From Shigella phage vb_GEC_SH_GT, in the sequence record OR887633: a stretch of DNA of 64,000 nt. One strand, written 5' to 3'. Below, piece by piece: positions 49,944 through 60,370 of this stretch (position 1 is the first letter of the stretch; the number at the start of each line of letters is the position of its first letter). The position numbers and the translations under genes were made by a program. The notes beneath the pieces were generated by a model. The model ran no database searches and was not told where the DNA came from. It saw only the letters and a list, made by a program, of their open reading frames with translations.

Positions 49944-50140
49944 GCCATGTGAGTTGCAACTTCATCACACATATTATAACGTTTCTTAAGAAGTTCTACA
50001 AGTTCTTCACTAGTAACTTCATCCATGTCGACGAAAAAATCACCATTAATGATGACGTAGATATTTCCTTCTTGATTGAGTGCTTCAATTTTCATGATGT
50101 TCTCCTCTTTATCCGATGGTTGTATAGTATCACAGCTCAA
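49907..50140 (-). CDS. hypothetical protein (77 aa)
   Basis: Early promoter 50121..50153. Confidence 0.45.
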
Positions 50141-50153
50141 ATGGAAAGTAAAC
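50121..50153 (-). promoter_or_regulatory. T4-type early promoter (terminator-promoter cassette)
   Basis: Minus strand GTTTAC...TACTATACAACC; preceded by UUCG-loop terminator. Confidence 0.55.
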
Positions 50154-50163
50154 CGGTAAAATG

Positions 50164-50185
50164 AAAAAAGTCTCCCGAAGGAGAC
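50164..50185 (-). terminator. intrinsic terminator with UUCG tetraloop
   Basis: GUCUCC-UUCG-GGAGAC followed by UUUUUUC; same cassette as 7933..7957. Confidence 0.7.
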
Positions 50186-50190
50186 TAACG

Positions 50191-50577
50191 TTATTCGAGG
50201 GAAAGAAGATACTTACTCTGGTAAAACATTCCAGTAATATCATCTATCGTGCTTTGGATGGCTGGAGGCATTTCTTTATAAATGCTGTTAGATTGGTCTA
50301 GTATGCGATCAATCATTTTAATTGTGTCGGTAGGAAGTTTACTGGCATCTGGAATTGAAGGTGTGTATTTTCTACCAGAATACCCCAAATATTGCTCACC
50401 AAATTTATCAATCAAATCTGGCAACTCGGAGAAAATAAAATCGTATGCTTTGTGTCTAGCATAACTTTTAGTTTCAAAATGTGCAGAATGAAAATAAGCT
50501 TGTGCAGCCATTAATAAACCTAAGTATTCATCTGCCTTTGAAGGTTTTCCACTTTGTGAAAAGTCGCTGAATTTCAT
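50191..50577 (-). CDS. hypothetical protein (128 aa; rI.-1 position)
   Basis: ORF coupled to rI. Confidence 0.5.
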
Positions 50578-50867
50578 TCAGTCTCCAATTTAATGTTCAT
50601 AATTCTAGCGTATGATTGTGCCATCTCCGCGCCTCGCTCTATACATTCAAAATCAGAAGAGCACGGGTCATTTTTATAGGTCGTTCTCATAAAACTATAG
50701 AATTGTTCAGACGATTCTACGCTTTTATTTTCAAAAAGCATATAAACGTGCCTAATACCAGATTCCATAAATTTATCAAAATGAGGATCGACATTCGCTT
50801 CAATCGGTGGAGATAAAGCAAACGCTAATCCTAGCATGGCAAATAGTGCCGTTGCTTTTAAGGCCAT
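50574..50867 (-). CDS. rI: lysis inhibition regulator RI
   Basis: 97 aa; N-terminal signal-anchor MALKATALFAMLGLAFALS; as T4 RI. Confidence 0.9.
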   Translation of the reverse strand: MALKATALFAMLGLAFALSPPIEANVDPHFDKFMESGIRHVYMLFENKSVESSEQFYSFMRTTYKNDPCSSDFECIERGAEMAQSYARIMNIKLETE

Positions 50868-50879
50868 AAAGGCCTCCTA

Positions 50880-51092
50880 TCATTTTTGTCCTGTATTTAC
50901 TTTATGCCGATGCACGGCCTTAACTTTATCAAGGTATTTTTCAAAATTTCGCAATCTAGTATAGTCTGCCGGAGATTGGTTGAGTGATACTTCTCGACGC
51001 AAAGCTGAAATGATATTTCCAACTTCCCTACGAATTTCATCTAATTGAAGAACGGTAAGATTGCGAAGTTGCTTTTCAGTTAATTGTAGCAT
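50880..51092 (-). CDS. hypothetical protein (70 aa; rI.1 position)
   Basis: ORF. Confidence 0.5.
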
Positions 51093-51134
51093 ATATACCC
51101 CTTTAGTTAGATAAACCTATTTATAACTTTTGCA

Positions 51135-51716
51135 CTAACCGAGCTTTTTAGTTAATTCATTCCAATGTTTTCTACACAAAGAAACATAAATTTCATCACC
51201 AATACAGATTTGATTACCTTCTTTAACTGGTGTTCCATCTTCCATTAATCGAGCTGTCATAATAGCTTTTTTACCACAATGACAAACTGCCTTTAGTTCA
51301 ATAAGTTTATCTGCAATCGCTAAAAGTTCTTTAGAACCTTCAAACAATTTTCCAGCGAAATCAGTCCTTAAGCCATAAGCCATAACAGGAACATTATATG
51401 TATCAACAATTCGACTTAATTGATGCACTTGTTCAGTTTTTAAAAACTGAGCTTCATCTACAAATACACAATGAATATCTTTTTGTGCTTCAGCCCATTT
51501 ATAGAACTCGAAAATATCCATATCATCTGTAATAATATTCGCTTCCTGCTTAATTCCAATGCGAGAAACGACTTCGCAGACAGAATCGCGAGTATCAATA
51601 GCAGGCTTAAGAACTAATACACTCATTCCACGTTCTTTATAATTATGTGCAGCAGTCAAAAGAGAAGCAGATTTTCCAGCATTCATTGCTGCATAAGTAA
51701 AAATTAAACTCGCCAT
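51135..51716 (-). CDS. tk: thymidine kinase
   Basis: 193 aa; Walker A AAMNAGKS, C-terminal Zn ribbon CHCGKK...CRKH. Confidence 0.95.
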   Translation of the reverse strand: MASLIFTYAAMNAGKSASLLTAAHNYKERGMSVLVLKPAIDTRDSVCEVVSRIGIKQEANIITDDMDIFEFYKWAEAQKDIHCVFVDEAQFLKTEQVHQLSRIVDTYNVPVMAYGLRTDFAGKLFEGSKELLAIADKLIELKAVCHCGKKAIMTARLMEDGTPVKEGNQICIGDEIYVSLCRKHWNELTKKLG

Positions 51717-51717
51717 T

Positions 51718-51906
51718 TTAGTCCTTAGTTAAATTTTCTAAATATGTTTTTAAATCATTTTCAGCTTTATCGATAGATTTTACTAATTCGTAATATGTTT
51801 CGGCATCTCCATATTCAGAAGATATTTCAAAAGACAAATCCTTTTCTAAACTAATAATTTCACCAACTAAAAATAATATTTCGTTCTTTTGTTCGCGAGT
51901 AATCAT
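51718..51906 (-). CDS. small acidic helical protein, TREQ family member
   Basis: 62 aa MITREQKNEILFLVGEI... Confidence 0.45.
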   Translation of the reverse strand: MITREQKNEILFLVGEIISLEKDLSFEISSEYGDAETYYELVKSIDKAENDLKTYLENLTKD

Positions 51907-52094
51907 AAGGAATTTATATAATTAATGAGTTCTTGTTCTTTATTATCAAATTCTTTGGAAAGTTCTTCATATTCATTTGCGCTAAAAGGACCGCATTCAT
52001 CACAAACTTTTTCTAATTCACTATTTTTATCCATAATTTCGTGGATAAGAGAAAAGAGTTTGTCTTTTTGTTCTTTGCTTAAACTCATAACCAT
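51903..52094 (-). CDS. small acidic helical protein, TREQ family member
   Basis: 63 aa; ...SKEQKDKLFSLIHEI... Confidence 0.45.
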   Translation of the reverse strand: MVMSLSKEQKDKLFSLIHEIMDKNSELEKVCDECGPFSANEYEELSKEFDNKEQELINYINSL

Positions 52095-52312
52095 GTCACC
52101 TTTAAGCAGTATTCTTCTACATGCTGTTTACGACCTTTCTTATCAATAAAGGTATATTCAACGAATGTTCCAATGTAGTCTTTATCTACATCATGTGGAC
52201 TATTAATTGGACATTTAGTACGGCAAATGCGTTCCCATTGACGAATAATTACTGCCTTATTCTTTGGGTCATATGGATGTGGATAATGTATATTCATAAT
52301 AATGGTTCCCAA
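52085..52312 (-). CDS. hypothetical protein (75 aa)
   Basis: ORF. Confidence 0.45.
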   Translation of the reverse strand: MGTIIMNIHYPHPYDPKNKAVIIRQWERICRTKCPINSPHDVDKDYIGTFVEYTFIDKKGRKQHVEEYCLKVTWL

Positions 52313-52761
52313 TCAACAATCACAATTTCTAATTTAGAGGAATACGTATCTAAAATATCTTCAATAATATCCCAGTTCCCTTTACCTATGCCTGCACCAA
52401 TCCTAGGCATATAGATTGTAGGTTTAATCAGTTTATTTTCACCAAACTCATTTAATTCTAACATACAATTCATTAAAGCGGAATACTCAAAATTTGGCCC
52501 TGGTTGAAATTGAGTATAAAGGTTGAAGCAATACGCTTTATGAGTCCTAAAGTATTTTTCATAGACTGAGTAAGAACCGAGTTTAGTTACATCACCCCAT
52601 TCAGTCTGTAATTTATCAGCTTCCAAAATTTTAGGGAAAGCTTTGGTTAATTGACCTGCTACGCCTGAACCCATAGTATGAAAACAATTGCATCCATGCG
52701 CAATATTTTTACCTTCAGCGAAAAGGGCGACAATATCGCCCTTGATATATTTTACAATCAT
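52294..52761 (-). CDS. macro-domain-like protein
   Basis: 155 aa; GDIVAL...NIAHGCNC...MGSGVAG and later GAGIGKG resemble macro-domain ADP-ribose-binding loops. Confidence 0.55.
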   Translation of the reverse strand: MIVKYIKGDIVALFAEGKNIAHGCNCFHTMGSGVAGQLTKAFPKILEADKLQTEWGDVTKLGSYSVYEKYFRTHKAYCFNLYTQFQPGPNFEYSALMNCMLELNEFGENKLIKPTIYMPRIGAGIGKGNWDIIEDILDTYSSKLEIVIVDWEPLL

Positions 52762-53105
52762 CTAGTACTCAATCCTCGATTATAAGAATCTACCAAACGG
52801 TCAACCATTGAATGACAAGCGGCTTTATCTTTCTCCTCCGCAACTGAACATTCTAAGGTATTCCACTTTTTAGCATATCGTTTTAATAATGTATCGTTTT
52901 TGTATCTGCTTGATTTATCTCTTTCTCCGTCTTTATATGCATATATTAATTTCTGTGCAAATTCAGCTTGGCATGCTTTATTTTTCCCACAATAATCTGC
53001 CGCAGTGCGGTTTACATATTCTCTAATTTCAGTATATGATGTATCTGCTGACGCAGAAGCAGAAAATGAAATTAATCCTATACATAAAACCAAAATTTTA
53101 GTCAT
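52758..53105 (-). CDS. secreted Cys-containing protein (vs position)
   Basis: 115 aa; signal peptide MTKILVLCIGLISFSASASA; 4 Cys. Confidence 0.5.
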   Translation of the reverse strand: MTKILVLCIGLISFSASASADTSYTEIREYVNRTAADYCGKNKACQAEFAQKLIYAYKDGERDKSSRYKNDTLLKRYAKKWNTLECSVAEEKDKAACHSMVDRLVDSYNRGLSTR

Positions 53106-53643
53106 TTACTATTTCCAAAAGTTTATTATTTTTAAGGTAATTAGCCTTTTCTAGGACTTCAGAAGCATATTTAGAACCAGCTTTAACATTCCATCCCGAA
53201 TTATAAGAGGATATTGCTTTTCTTATATCGCCCTTATGTATATTTAACCAATAAGAAAGTTCAATGTACGCCCAGGAAGCTGAATTGGACCGTTTATTCA
53301 ACATTCTTTTTATTTCAGCATCGGTCATATTATAACCAAGTTCCTTAACTCTTGCTCGCATAGTAGGCAAATAATTTTGGAACATTCCGTAGGCGTGATG
53401 CTTTGGTTTAGATTTTAAATTAACTCCGCCAGAGCTTTCTTGCCATAAAATAGCAGCCATTATATGACCTAATCCGCTCTTGTGGATATTTTTGTGTGTT
53501 TTATATTTTCCATCCTTAGAAAATTGTTCCCCGAATTGATACGCGTAACGCATGTTATCGAGTTGGACATTACTGAAAGTATGCTCGGAGCTATGTGCCA
53601 TCATTGAAATGGCCAATAGACCAGCGAGTAGTGCTTTTCTCAT
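53098..53643 (-). CDS. secreted lytic transglycosylase-like protein (SLT domain)
   Basis: 181 aa; signal peptide; LWQESSGG...YGMFQ catalytic Glu-Ser-Ser motif. Confidence 0.7.
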   Translation of the reverse strand: MRKALLAGLLAISMMAHSSEHTFSNVQLDNMRYAYQFGEQFSKDGKYKTHKNIHKSGLGHIMAAILWQESSGGVNLKSKPKHHAYGMFQNYLPTMRARVKELGYNMTDAEIKRMLNKRSNSASWAYIELSYWLNIHKGDIRKAISSYNSGWNVKAGSKYASEVLEKANYLKNNKLLEIVND

Positions 53644-53650
53644 GCTTACC

Positions 53651-54112
53651 TCATTGAGTTTTAATTACTGCTTTAGAAGCCTTTCCTGGTAAACGACGAC
53701 TGTTAATAATTGCCATCCTACATTGAAGTGACGGGTCTTTGAACTTCTCATTAGGTTTACAAACTGTAAATCCAAGCCAAAGATTTCCATCTGTGATTTC
53801 TAAACGTCCAGGACGATATTCAATTCCATCAATAAAATCCTCGTCAATGTCAGGACGCGGAGGCATACTCAGGAATTCATTAACTTCTAAAACATGGTCT
53901 TTTATTTTATGGAATAATTCAAAAACATATGTCTCATCAATCTCCCGTTGAATTGCACGATCAAGAAGATGCTGAGAATATTTTAGATGAAACGATGAGA
54001 CTCCTGCTGCTTTTGATGCCTCACGAATCTCATTGTTAATTTGACGAAACTCCGACTCAAAGTGACGACGAAGCTTATTTCGACGGATAAAAACTTCTGT
54101 ATTGATAGTCAT
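53651..54112 (-). CDS. regB: endoribonuclease RegB
   Basis: 153 aa; N-terminus MTINTEVFIRRNKL as T4 RegB; early promoter 54140..54169. Confidence 0.9.
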   Translation of the reverse strand: MTINTEVFIRRNKLRRHFESEFRQINNEIREASKAAGVSSFHLKYSQHLLDRAIQREIDETYVFELFHKIKDHVLEVNEFLSMPPRPDIDEDFIDGIEYRPGRLEITDGNLWLGFTVCKPNEKFKDPSLQCRMAIINSRRLPGKASKAVIKTQ

Positions 54113-54139
54113 GTTGTTCTCCTCTTAACTGATAGAAAA

Positions 54140-54169
54140 ATTATACCACAGTCAAGAGGAAAAGTAAAC
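54140..54169 (-). promoter_or_regulatory. T4-type early promoter upstream of regB
   Basis: Minus strand GTTTAC...TGTGGTATAAT. Confidence 0.6.
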
Positions 54170-54171
54170 AG

Positions 54172-54492
54172 TTATTCTTTAAATCTAATCAATTTATTCA
54201 TAGACTTTGAAACTTCCGCACGAATCTCATGTAGATTTTTGAGCTGTTCAAGACGCTGCGTATAGTAAGCAATTTCATCTTCTTCGAGACAGTCCTGCGA
54301 ATCTTCTTTAAGATAACGTGCATAGTCCTGGAAAGCTTTACGGACTACTTCCTGGAAGTCATCAAGACTTTGAATTTTCTTAGGAGCAACAGATACACGA
54401 CGAGGGGCAGTATAATACTCATAACCAAACCCTGCGCTTAATTGAGCCATTAGTATTTTTCCTCTGGTTGGAACACAGCACGGCAAGCCCAC
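54172..54492 (-). CDS. hypothetical protein (106 aa; vs.3 position)
   Basis: ORF. Confidence 0.45.
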   Translation of the reverse strand: MGLPCCVPTRGKILMAQLSAGFGYEYYTAPRRVSVAPKKIQSLDDFQEVVRKAFQDYARYLKEDSQDCLEEDEIAYYTQRLEQLKNLHEIRAEVSKSMNKLIRFKE

Positions 54493-54752
54493 ATACTTGC
54501 TTCTTTGAGTTTCGTTTTAGCAATAGTTAACTGATCGAGGCTTTCGGCGTAATTCTTCGCGAGTTCATCATCTTCACAGCTATCAAATGCTTCCCAAAAT
54601 TCATCGTATAAAGCATCAAAGATAAGTCCTAAACGAACTTCAGCATCTTTAATAGCATTTACTTTACCGATTTTTTCGTCGGTATGTGGCTTATAACCTT
54701 TAATATCTTCAATCATATTTGACTTCCTCACCAGTACATAAATCGTATTCAA
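54450..54752 (-). CDS. hypothetical protein (vs.4 position)
   Basis: ~90-100 aa ORF; occupies the slot I recall as vs.4 in T4; no motif recognised. Confidence 0.45.
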   Translation of the reverse strand: MNTIYVLVRKSNMIEDIKGYKPHTDEKIGKVNAIKDAEVRLGLIFDALYDEFWEAFDSCEDDELAKNYAESLDQLTIAKTKLKEASMWACRAVFQPEEKY

Positions 54753-54930
54753 CTAAACGAATAGGTTCATGAATGCCATATCCCTGAACAGAAATTTCTG
54801 TCGTAGGATAAATTCCACTAATATCACCCATGTTCCATGCTTCGTTAAATTGCTGTTCGCCTGAATTACTAAACCATTCGGCGAAAGCATTTAGCGCATC
54901 TTCAGAACCTTCAATAATTATCTTTGCCAT
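54709..54930 (-). CDS. hypothetical protein (73 aa)
   Basis: ORF. Confidence 0.4.
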   Translation of the reverse strand: MAKIIIEGSEDALNAFAEWFSNSGEQQFNEAWNMGDISGIYPTTEISVQGYGIHEPIRLVEYDLCTGEEVKYD

Positions 54931-55292
54931 TACAAACTCTCGGTAAAGGTACGAGCGATAACATCGCGCTGCTGTTCCGGAGTCAGAGAGTTAAAGCGAA
55001 CTGCATAACCGGATACACGGATGGTCAGCTGCGGATATTTTTCCGGATGCTTAACTGCATCTTCCAGAGTTTCACGACGCAGAACGTTAACGTTCAGGTG
55101 TTGACCACCTTCAATTTTAACTGTAGGCTGTGGCTCAATTTCAATTTCACGGGCATGCAAACCATAGAAAATTTCTGGGTCTACAAAAGAGTCCTCTTTA
55201 AAGGTTTTAGAGACAATAATTCGTGCTTGAATACCATCTTCAAAATAAATAGTACCTTTATGTGTGCCTTCAAGAATTTGATATGCTTTCAT
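54930..55292 (-). CDS. autonomous glycyl-radical cofactor (GrcA/YfiD-like)
   Basis: 120 aa; C-terminal ...[42 protein letters not shown]... with glycyl radical motif RVSGYAV. Confidence 0.85.
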   Translation of the reverse strand: MKAYQILEGTHKGTIYFEDGIQARIIVSKTFKEDSFVDPEIFYGLHAREIEIEPQPTVKIEGGQHLNVNVLRRETLEDAVKHPEKYPQLTIRVSGYAVRFNSLTPEQQRDVIARTFTESL

Positions 55293-55299
55293 ATAAACC

Positions 55300-55629
55300 T
55301 CAATTAGAAAATAAATTTATCCAAGATTGTTCTTTAATTAAAAATGGCTCAGAATCATATGCCATTAAACTCTGTGTGATTAGTCCTTTAAAAGGCCCAT
55401 CAATAAATTCCATGGTAAAATATGGAATTTTATTCATTAGCCGTGCATTAGGAGCAGTACACAAAACTCTGCATCCTTTGAATACGCCTTTTTGTAATTT
55501 GTATTGCTTAGGATAAAATTCGCTCAAGACGTTGTTATTTGCCAAAATTTCAAAATGATTCACCAATTTATTTTTAATAGTTTTTGGCGAAAAATAAAGA
55601 TATTCGAAAAGCTGTGTGTCTGTCATCAT
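55300..55629 (-). CDS. hypothetical protein
   Basis: Track ORF trimmed to ATG overlapping upstream stop (ATGA). Confidence 0.45.
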   Translation of the reverse strand: MMTDTQLFEYLYFSPKTIKNKLVNHFEILANNNVLSEFYPKQYKLQKGVFKGCRVLCTAPNARLMNKIPYFTMEFIDGPFKGLITQSLMAYDSEPFLIKEQSWINLFSN

Positions 55630-56165
55630 TGCATTCCGATTACGAAAAACTGCGGACGAGTAATACCACCAATGCAACATTTAATATTACAGCAGTAGTG
55701 TACAGTGTCAATATGGACGCTATAAATCTTATCCATATCAGGAGATTTAACAGGCTCATCAATTATATACAAAATCCGCGAAAGCGATAAACCTCTGAAC
55801 TTGCTTCCTTTATTACCGATAAAACTACGGACAGAATCGGTAAATAAGCGGAATCGAATATCATCGCTAGAATAACGAGAAAATTCCTTTTTAATGTTAT
55901 TTGCAGAAATTTTAGCGTAAGCTGAAGTATTAGAAAGAACAATAACTGTTCCGCCATCATACAACCAATTAGCAGCAAAGTTAGTCACAGCAATTGATTT
56001 ACCAGATTGACGTCCACCATCTAGTCGAAGTGTGCAGTACTGTTTAAGTAATTCTTCAAATGGCGGGATATAATCGTTTTTACAAATTTCTTCTACTCTA
56101 GCATCAGAATGGTGTGTAAAAGCATTCATCAGGGATAGATAAGGACCAGTTAAAAATGTTCTCAT
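55626..56165 (-). CDS. hypothetical protein with P-loop-like motif
   Basis: Start trimmed to MRTFLTGPY after SD GAGAGAA; GGRQSGKS. Confidence 0.5.
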   Translation of the reverse strand: MRTFLTGPYLSLMNAFTHHSDARVEEICKNDYIPPFEELLKQYCTLRLDGGRQSGKSIAVTNFAANWLYDGGTVIVLSNTSAYAKISANNIKKEFSRYSSDDIRFRLFTDSVRSFIGNKGSKFRGLSLSRILYIIDEPVKSPDMDKIYSVHIDTVHYCCNIKCCIGGITRPQFFVIGMQ

Positions 56166-56318
56166 TTTATTCTCTCTAAATTTGGGCCATTCCATGGCGC
56201 ATGAATTGTCCATTTCTGTATTTACCCATTACCGCACTTGGGCTCGACCTTATTACAGGTTGGCGGGAATCCCTCATAGAATCATGAGGTCCAGCTTGTT
56301 CCCATATTTCTTATTTGC

Positions 56319-56792
56319 TTATTTGAATGATTTGACGTACTGAATAGAACCTTTACTATTCACGAAAGCGATTTTACCATTTTTATTATACATGGTAGCA
56401 GTACGCTGATAGCCATAAGTTTGTTTACCAGATTGATAACCAACTAATGCGAAATTATCTTCACCCATTTTATTCTGTTTAGAGCGAATACGTTCATGAC
56501 CGTGTGCCATAAGAACCTTAGCATCACCAGTTGAAATTGATCTACGAGTTTTTTCATCTTCAACTGTATTAACAAAGTCGTCAAATGAATCAAATTTAGC
56601 ATGGGATTTATTATACAGTTTTCCATCTACTGCATAATTATATCCCTGTACATCCATCTCAACTTCTGTACCATCATCCAATACAGCAGTAATTTTTTGA
56701 CCTTTTTTAAATTTCAAAAGATCAGTAAAAGATTCAGCAATAATTTGAGAATTAATAGCTGCTTCAGTGATAAATTCTTGATATGTTTTCAT
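56319..56792 (-). CDS. internal head protein (IP-like) with capsid targeting sequence
   Basis: N-terminus MKTYQEFITEAAINSQIIAE is a T4-type CTS cut by the prohead protease after the L-x-E motif. Confidence 0.6.
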   Translation of the reverse strand: MKTYQEFITEAAINSQIIAESFTDLLKFKKGQKITAVLDDGTEVEMDVQGYNYAVDGKLYNKSHAKFDSFDDFVNTVEDEKTRRSISTGDAKVLMAHGHERIRSKQNKMGEDNFALVGYQSGKQTYGYQRTATMYNKNGKIAFVNSKGSIQYVKSFK

Positions 56793-56801
56793 ATGTTTCC
56801 T

Positions 56802-57218
56802 TTAAATGTAAATATTTTTGCCGTAATACTTGTACCAGTGTGGCTTCATTAAAATTTTTTCATCGAGTCGTTGTTGACTCAATTTAATAGCTGATTTGCA
56901 TGGATTATAATCATTTTTCCATTCTGCTGGAATATCGCTGATGTCAGGAACTTCAGTATCTTTTATACTAAACCCACGTTTTAAGCATTCCGTTATAATG
57001 TCTGATTGACGCTTTCGCAAAAATTCTAACTTATCGTAAAAGAACGTAACATGACCAGAGCCTAAAATAAACTCGGAAGATATTTTAAAATCTTTAACCC
57101 GCTTACCATTTGCCACATGTTTACGAACTATACCAAAAACACGCGGCAATTCACGATACTCAGCCATAAGATGTTGGTCGGTCAGTTCAGAAACAAGTGT
57201 TAAATTGATACGAGTCAT
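56802..57218 (-). CDS. denV: endonuclease V (pyrimidine dimer DNA glycosylase) DenV
   Basis: Start trimmed to [12 protein letters not shown]...; 138 aa as T4 DenV; early promoter 57243..57275. Confidence 0.95.
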   Translation of the reverse strand: MTRINLTLVSELTDQHLMAEYRELPRVFGIVRKHVANGKRVKDFKISSEFILGSGHVTFFYDKLEFLRKRQSDIITECLKRGFSIKDTEVPDISDIPAEWKNDYNPCKSAIKLSQQRLDEKILMKPHWYKYYGKNIYI

Positions 57219-57242
57219 AATTTCCTCCAAGTAGTTGATGAA

Positions 57243-57275
57243 TGTATAGTATCAAAACCCTTGGAGGAAGTAAAC
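57243..57275 (-). promoter_or_regulatory. T4-type early promoter upstream of denV
   Basis: Minus strand GTTTAC...TACTATACAT. Confidence 0.55.
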
Positions 57276-57277
57276 AA

Positions 57278-58518
<1,241 letters not shown>

Positions 58519-58522
<4 letters not shown>

Positions 58523-59007
58523 TTTAATTTCCTGCATTCAGTGATAAAGCTATTTAAATTTTGAGCATATTTCTTTTCATCATAAATCTTTTGCTGTCTG
58601 CGTAAACGCCATGGCATTTCAATGAACACGCACCATATTCCTGATAGTACTGCTGCTGTAAAAATATTAACAAGTATAATTAAAAGAATCCAATCTTCCG
58701 TTCTGCCTACTGGACTTTCTCCAAAGAAGCAAAATACAAATGATGTCACAGGAAAACTAATAATATACCACAGAATAACCTTCTTATCTGTGAACCAATC
58801 AGCGTTCGTTAACTTAGCACGACCATTTTGAATACACACGAATTTATCATCTGTTACAGTAGATGGCTTAACTGCTTGATATCCCATTCTAAACTCCCTA
58901 ATCAGCAAATTTTTCATATCTTCGGAACAGCCATTCCAGTCAACTCTATCAACTGAAATGCCATCATCCCCATCATCTAAATCATACCAGCGAGTTTTTA
59001 AAATCAT
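58519..59007 (-). CDS. 2-TM membrane protein, ECR-tail family member 1
   Basis: 162 aa; two TM helices then cytoplasmic tail ending NSFITECRKLK. Confidence 0.5.
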
Positions 59008-59378
59008 TTGATTTTCCTACAATCATTCACGAATTCTTTCATTGATTCATTTTCAATATAAGACATGTAGTTATTATATTCTTTTAATTGTATTTTGTAA
59101 TCCTTTTTTCTTTGCCAATTTATTTTAAAATTATCATAATGAAAATATAAAATAATACCAAAGAATGAAAATAATGAAATCGCTATAGTATAATGAAGTT
59201 CACTCCAAACTTCTATTATATCTACTATACCGCTGACATTACTGCGGATGTTTAAAATAATACAGTCAATCATTAATCCAATAAGACTACCCGCAAGAGC
59301 TGCAGCCAACGCCACAGCAAAAATTAAAAATGACTCAGAAAACGAATATTTGACTTTATTTAGTTTTGGCTTTTGCAT
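59004..59378 (-). CDS. 2-TM membrane protein, ECR-tail family member 2
   Basis: 124 aa; two TM helices; tail ending KEFVNDCRKIK. Confidence 0.5.
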   Translation of the reverse strand: MQKPKLNKVKYSFSESFLIFAVALAAALAGSLIGLMIDCIILNIRSNVSGIVDIIEVWSELHYTIAISLFSFFGIILYFHYDNFKINWQRKKDYKIQLKEYNNYMSYIENESMKEFVNDCRKIK

Positions 59379-59773
59379 CGTGATTCCTTAACAAATTTCA
59401 TAATTTCATCAAATTCATACGCGGCAAGTTTAAGCTGATGTTCCTTTTTAATCTTTTTACACTGTGCTTTCCAATCACGTACACGTTTACGATAATGTCT
59501 TCCTTGATACCAATATCCTATCCAATTTACAGGTACTAATAAAAGTGGAACTATTAATGGAAGAATTAGCATTAACACAAGTATTTCGCCAGAATCAATA
59601 TCAGTCATAACATCTAAAACACCTCCAATAATCAATAGAATTACAAATGATATGAGTATAACAGGACCTATTAACACATCAGTAGAAATTATCTGGCGCT
59701 TTAATTCATACTTTAAGGGTTTACTTGGAAGATACATTGATGGCTTTGACATATTCTCTACATTCCTTAACAA
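59360..59773 (-). CDS. 2-TM membrane protein, ECR-tail family member 3
   Basis: 137 aa; two TM helices; tail ending MKFVKESRCKSQN. Confidence 0.5.
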   Translation of the reverse strand: MLRNVENMSKPSMYLPSKPLKYELKRQIISTDVLIGPVILISFVILLIIGGVLDVMTDIDSGEILVLMLILPLIVPLLLVPVNWIGYWYQGRHYRKRVRDWKAQCKKIKKEHQLKLAAYEFDEIMKFVKESRCKSQN

Positions 59774-60329
59774 ATTTTTCTAGTAATAAATCGCTTTCAA
59801 AACTAGGATTTTCCACGAATTTATCAAAAAGATCATCAACAATAGTTAAGACATTCTTTTTACTAAGAATACGTTTATTTTCATGCTTCGTTTCAGAATC
59901 AACTATAAGAGTAAAGAAATATTTCTTTCCCTGAAATTTTACTGTAGTATCAATATAGAATAAATTTGACTTTTGTAAGTTACGTTTAAACCATGCGTCA
60001 CTTAAACTATAAACACCGAGATAATCAAAATCGTCGTTTAAATAACAAACTGTCCATTCAGGAGAAATGAAATCAGTAAATTCAACATCAAAATCGCATG
60101 TCAATGAATAAATTGATTCAATACTGTTAATAAGTATTCCAGGACGTATTAAAGACTTTTTACCTCTGGAAAATCTTCCAGAAAGACTTTCATCAGTTTC
60201 ATATGAAGAACCCCAATAATAATTACGTCCTTCTGCCAGGCGTTTAAGAGCATTTAGTAATTGGTCTGGAACATCAACCTGTCTTTGGAACTCTTCAAAC
60301 ATTGAATTGAAATCACTTTGCATTTTCAT
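59721..60329 (-). CDS. soluble protein, ECR-tail family member 4
   Basis: 202 aa, no TM; C-terminus LEKFVKECREYVKAI shares the tail motif. Confidence 0.5.
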   Translation of the reverse strand: MKMQSDFNSMFEEFQRQVDVPDQLLNALKRLAEGRNYYWGSSYETDESLSGRFSRGKKSLIRPGILINSIESIYSLTCDFDVEFTDFISPEWTVCYLNDDFDYLGVYSLSDAWFKRNLQKSNLFYIDTTVKFQGKKYFFTLIVDSETKHENKRILSKKNVLTIVDDLFDKFVENPSFESDLLLEKFVKECREYVKAINVSSK

Positions 60330-60350
60330 TCCTATTTACTCCAAGTAATA

Positions 60351-60364
60351 GGGGCCGAAGCCCC
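60351..60364 (-). terminator. UUCG-loop hairpin
   Basis: GGGGC-UUCG-GCCCC. Confidence 0.4.
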
Positions 60365-60370
60365 TTATCA

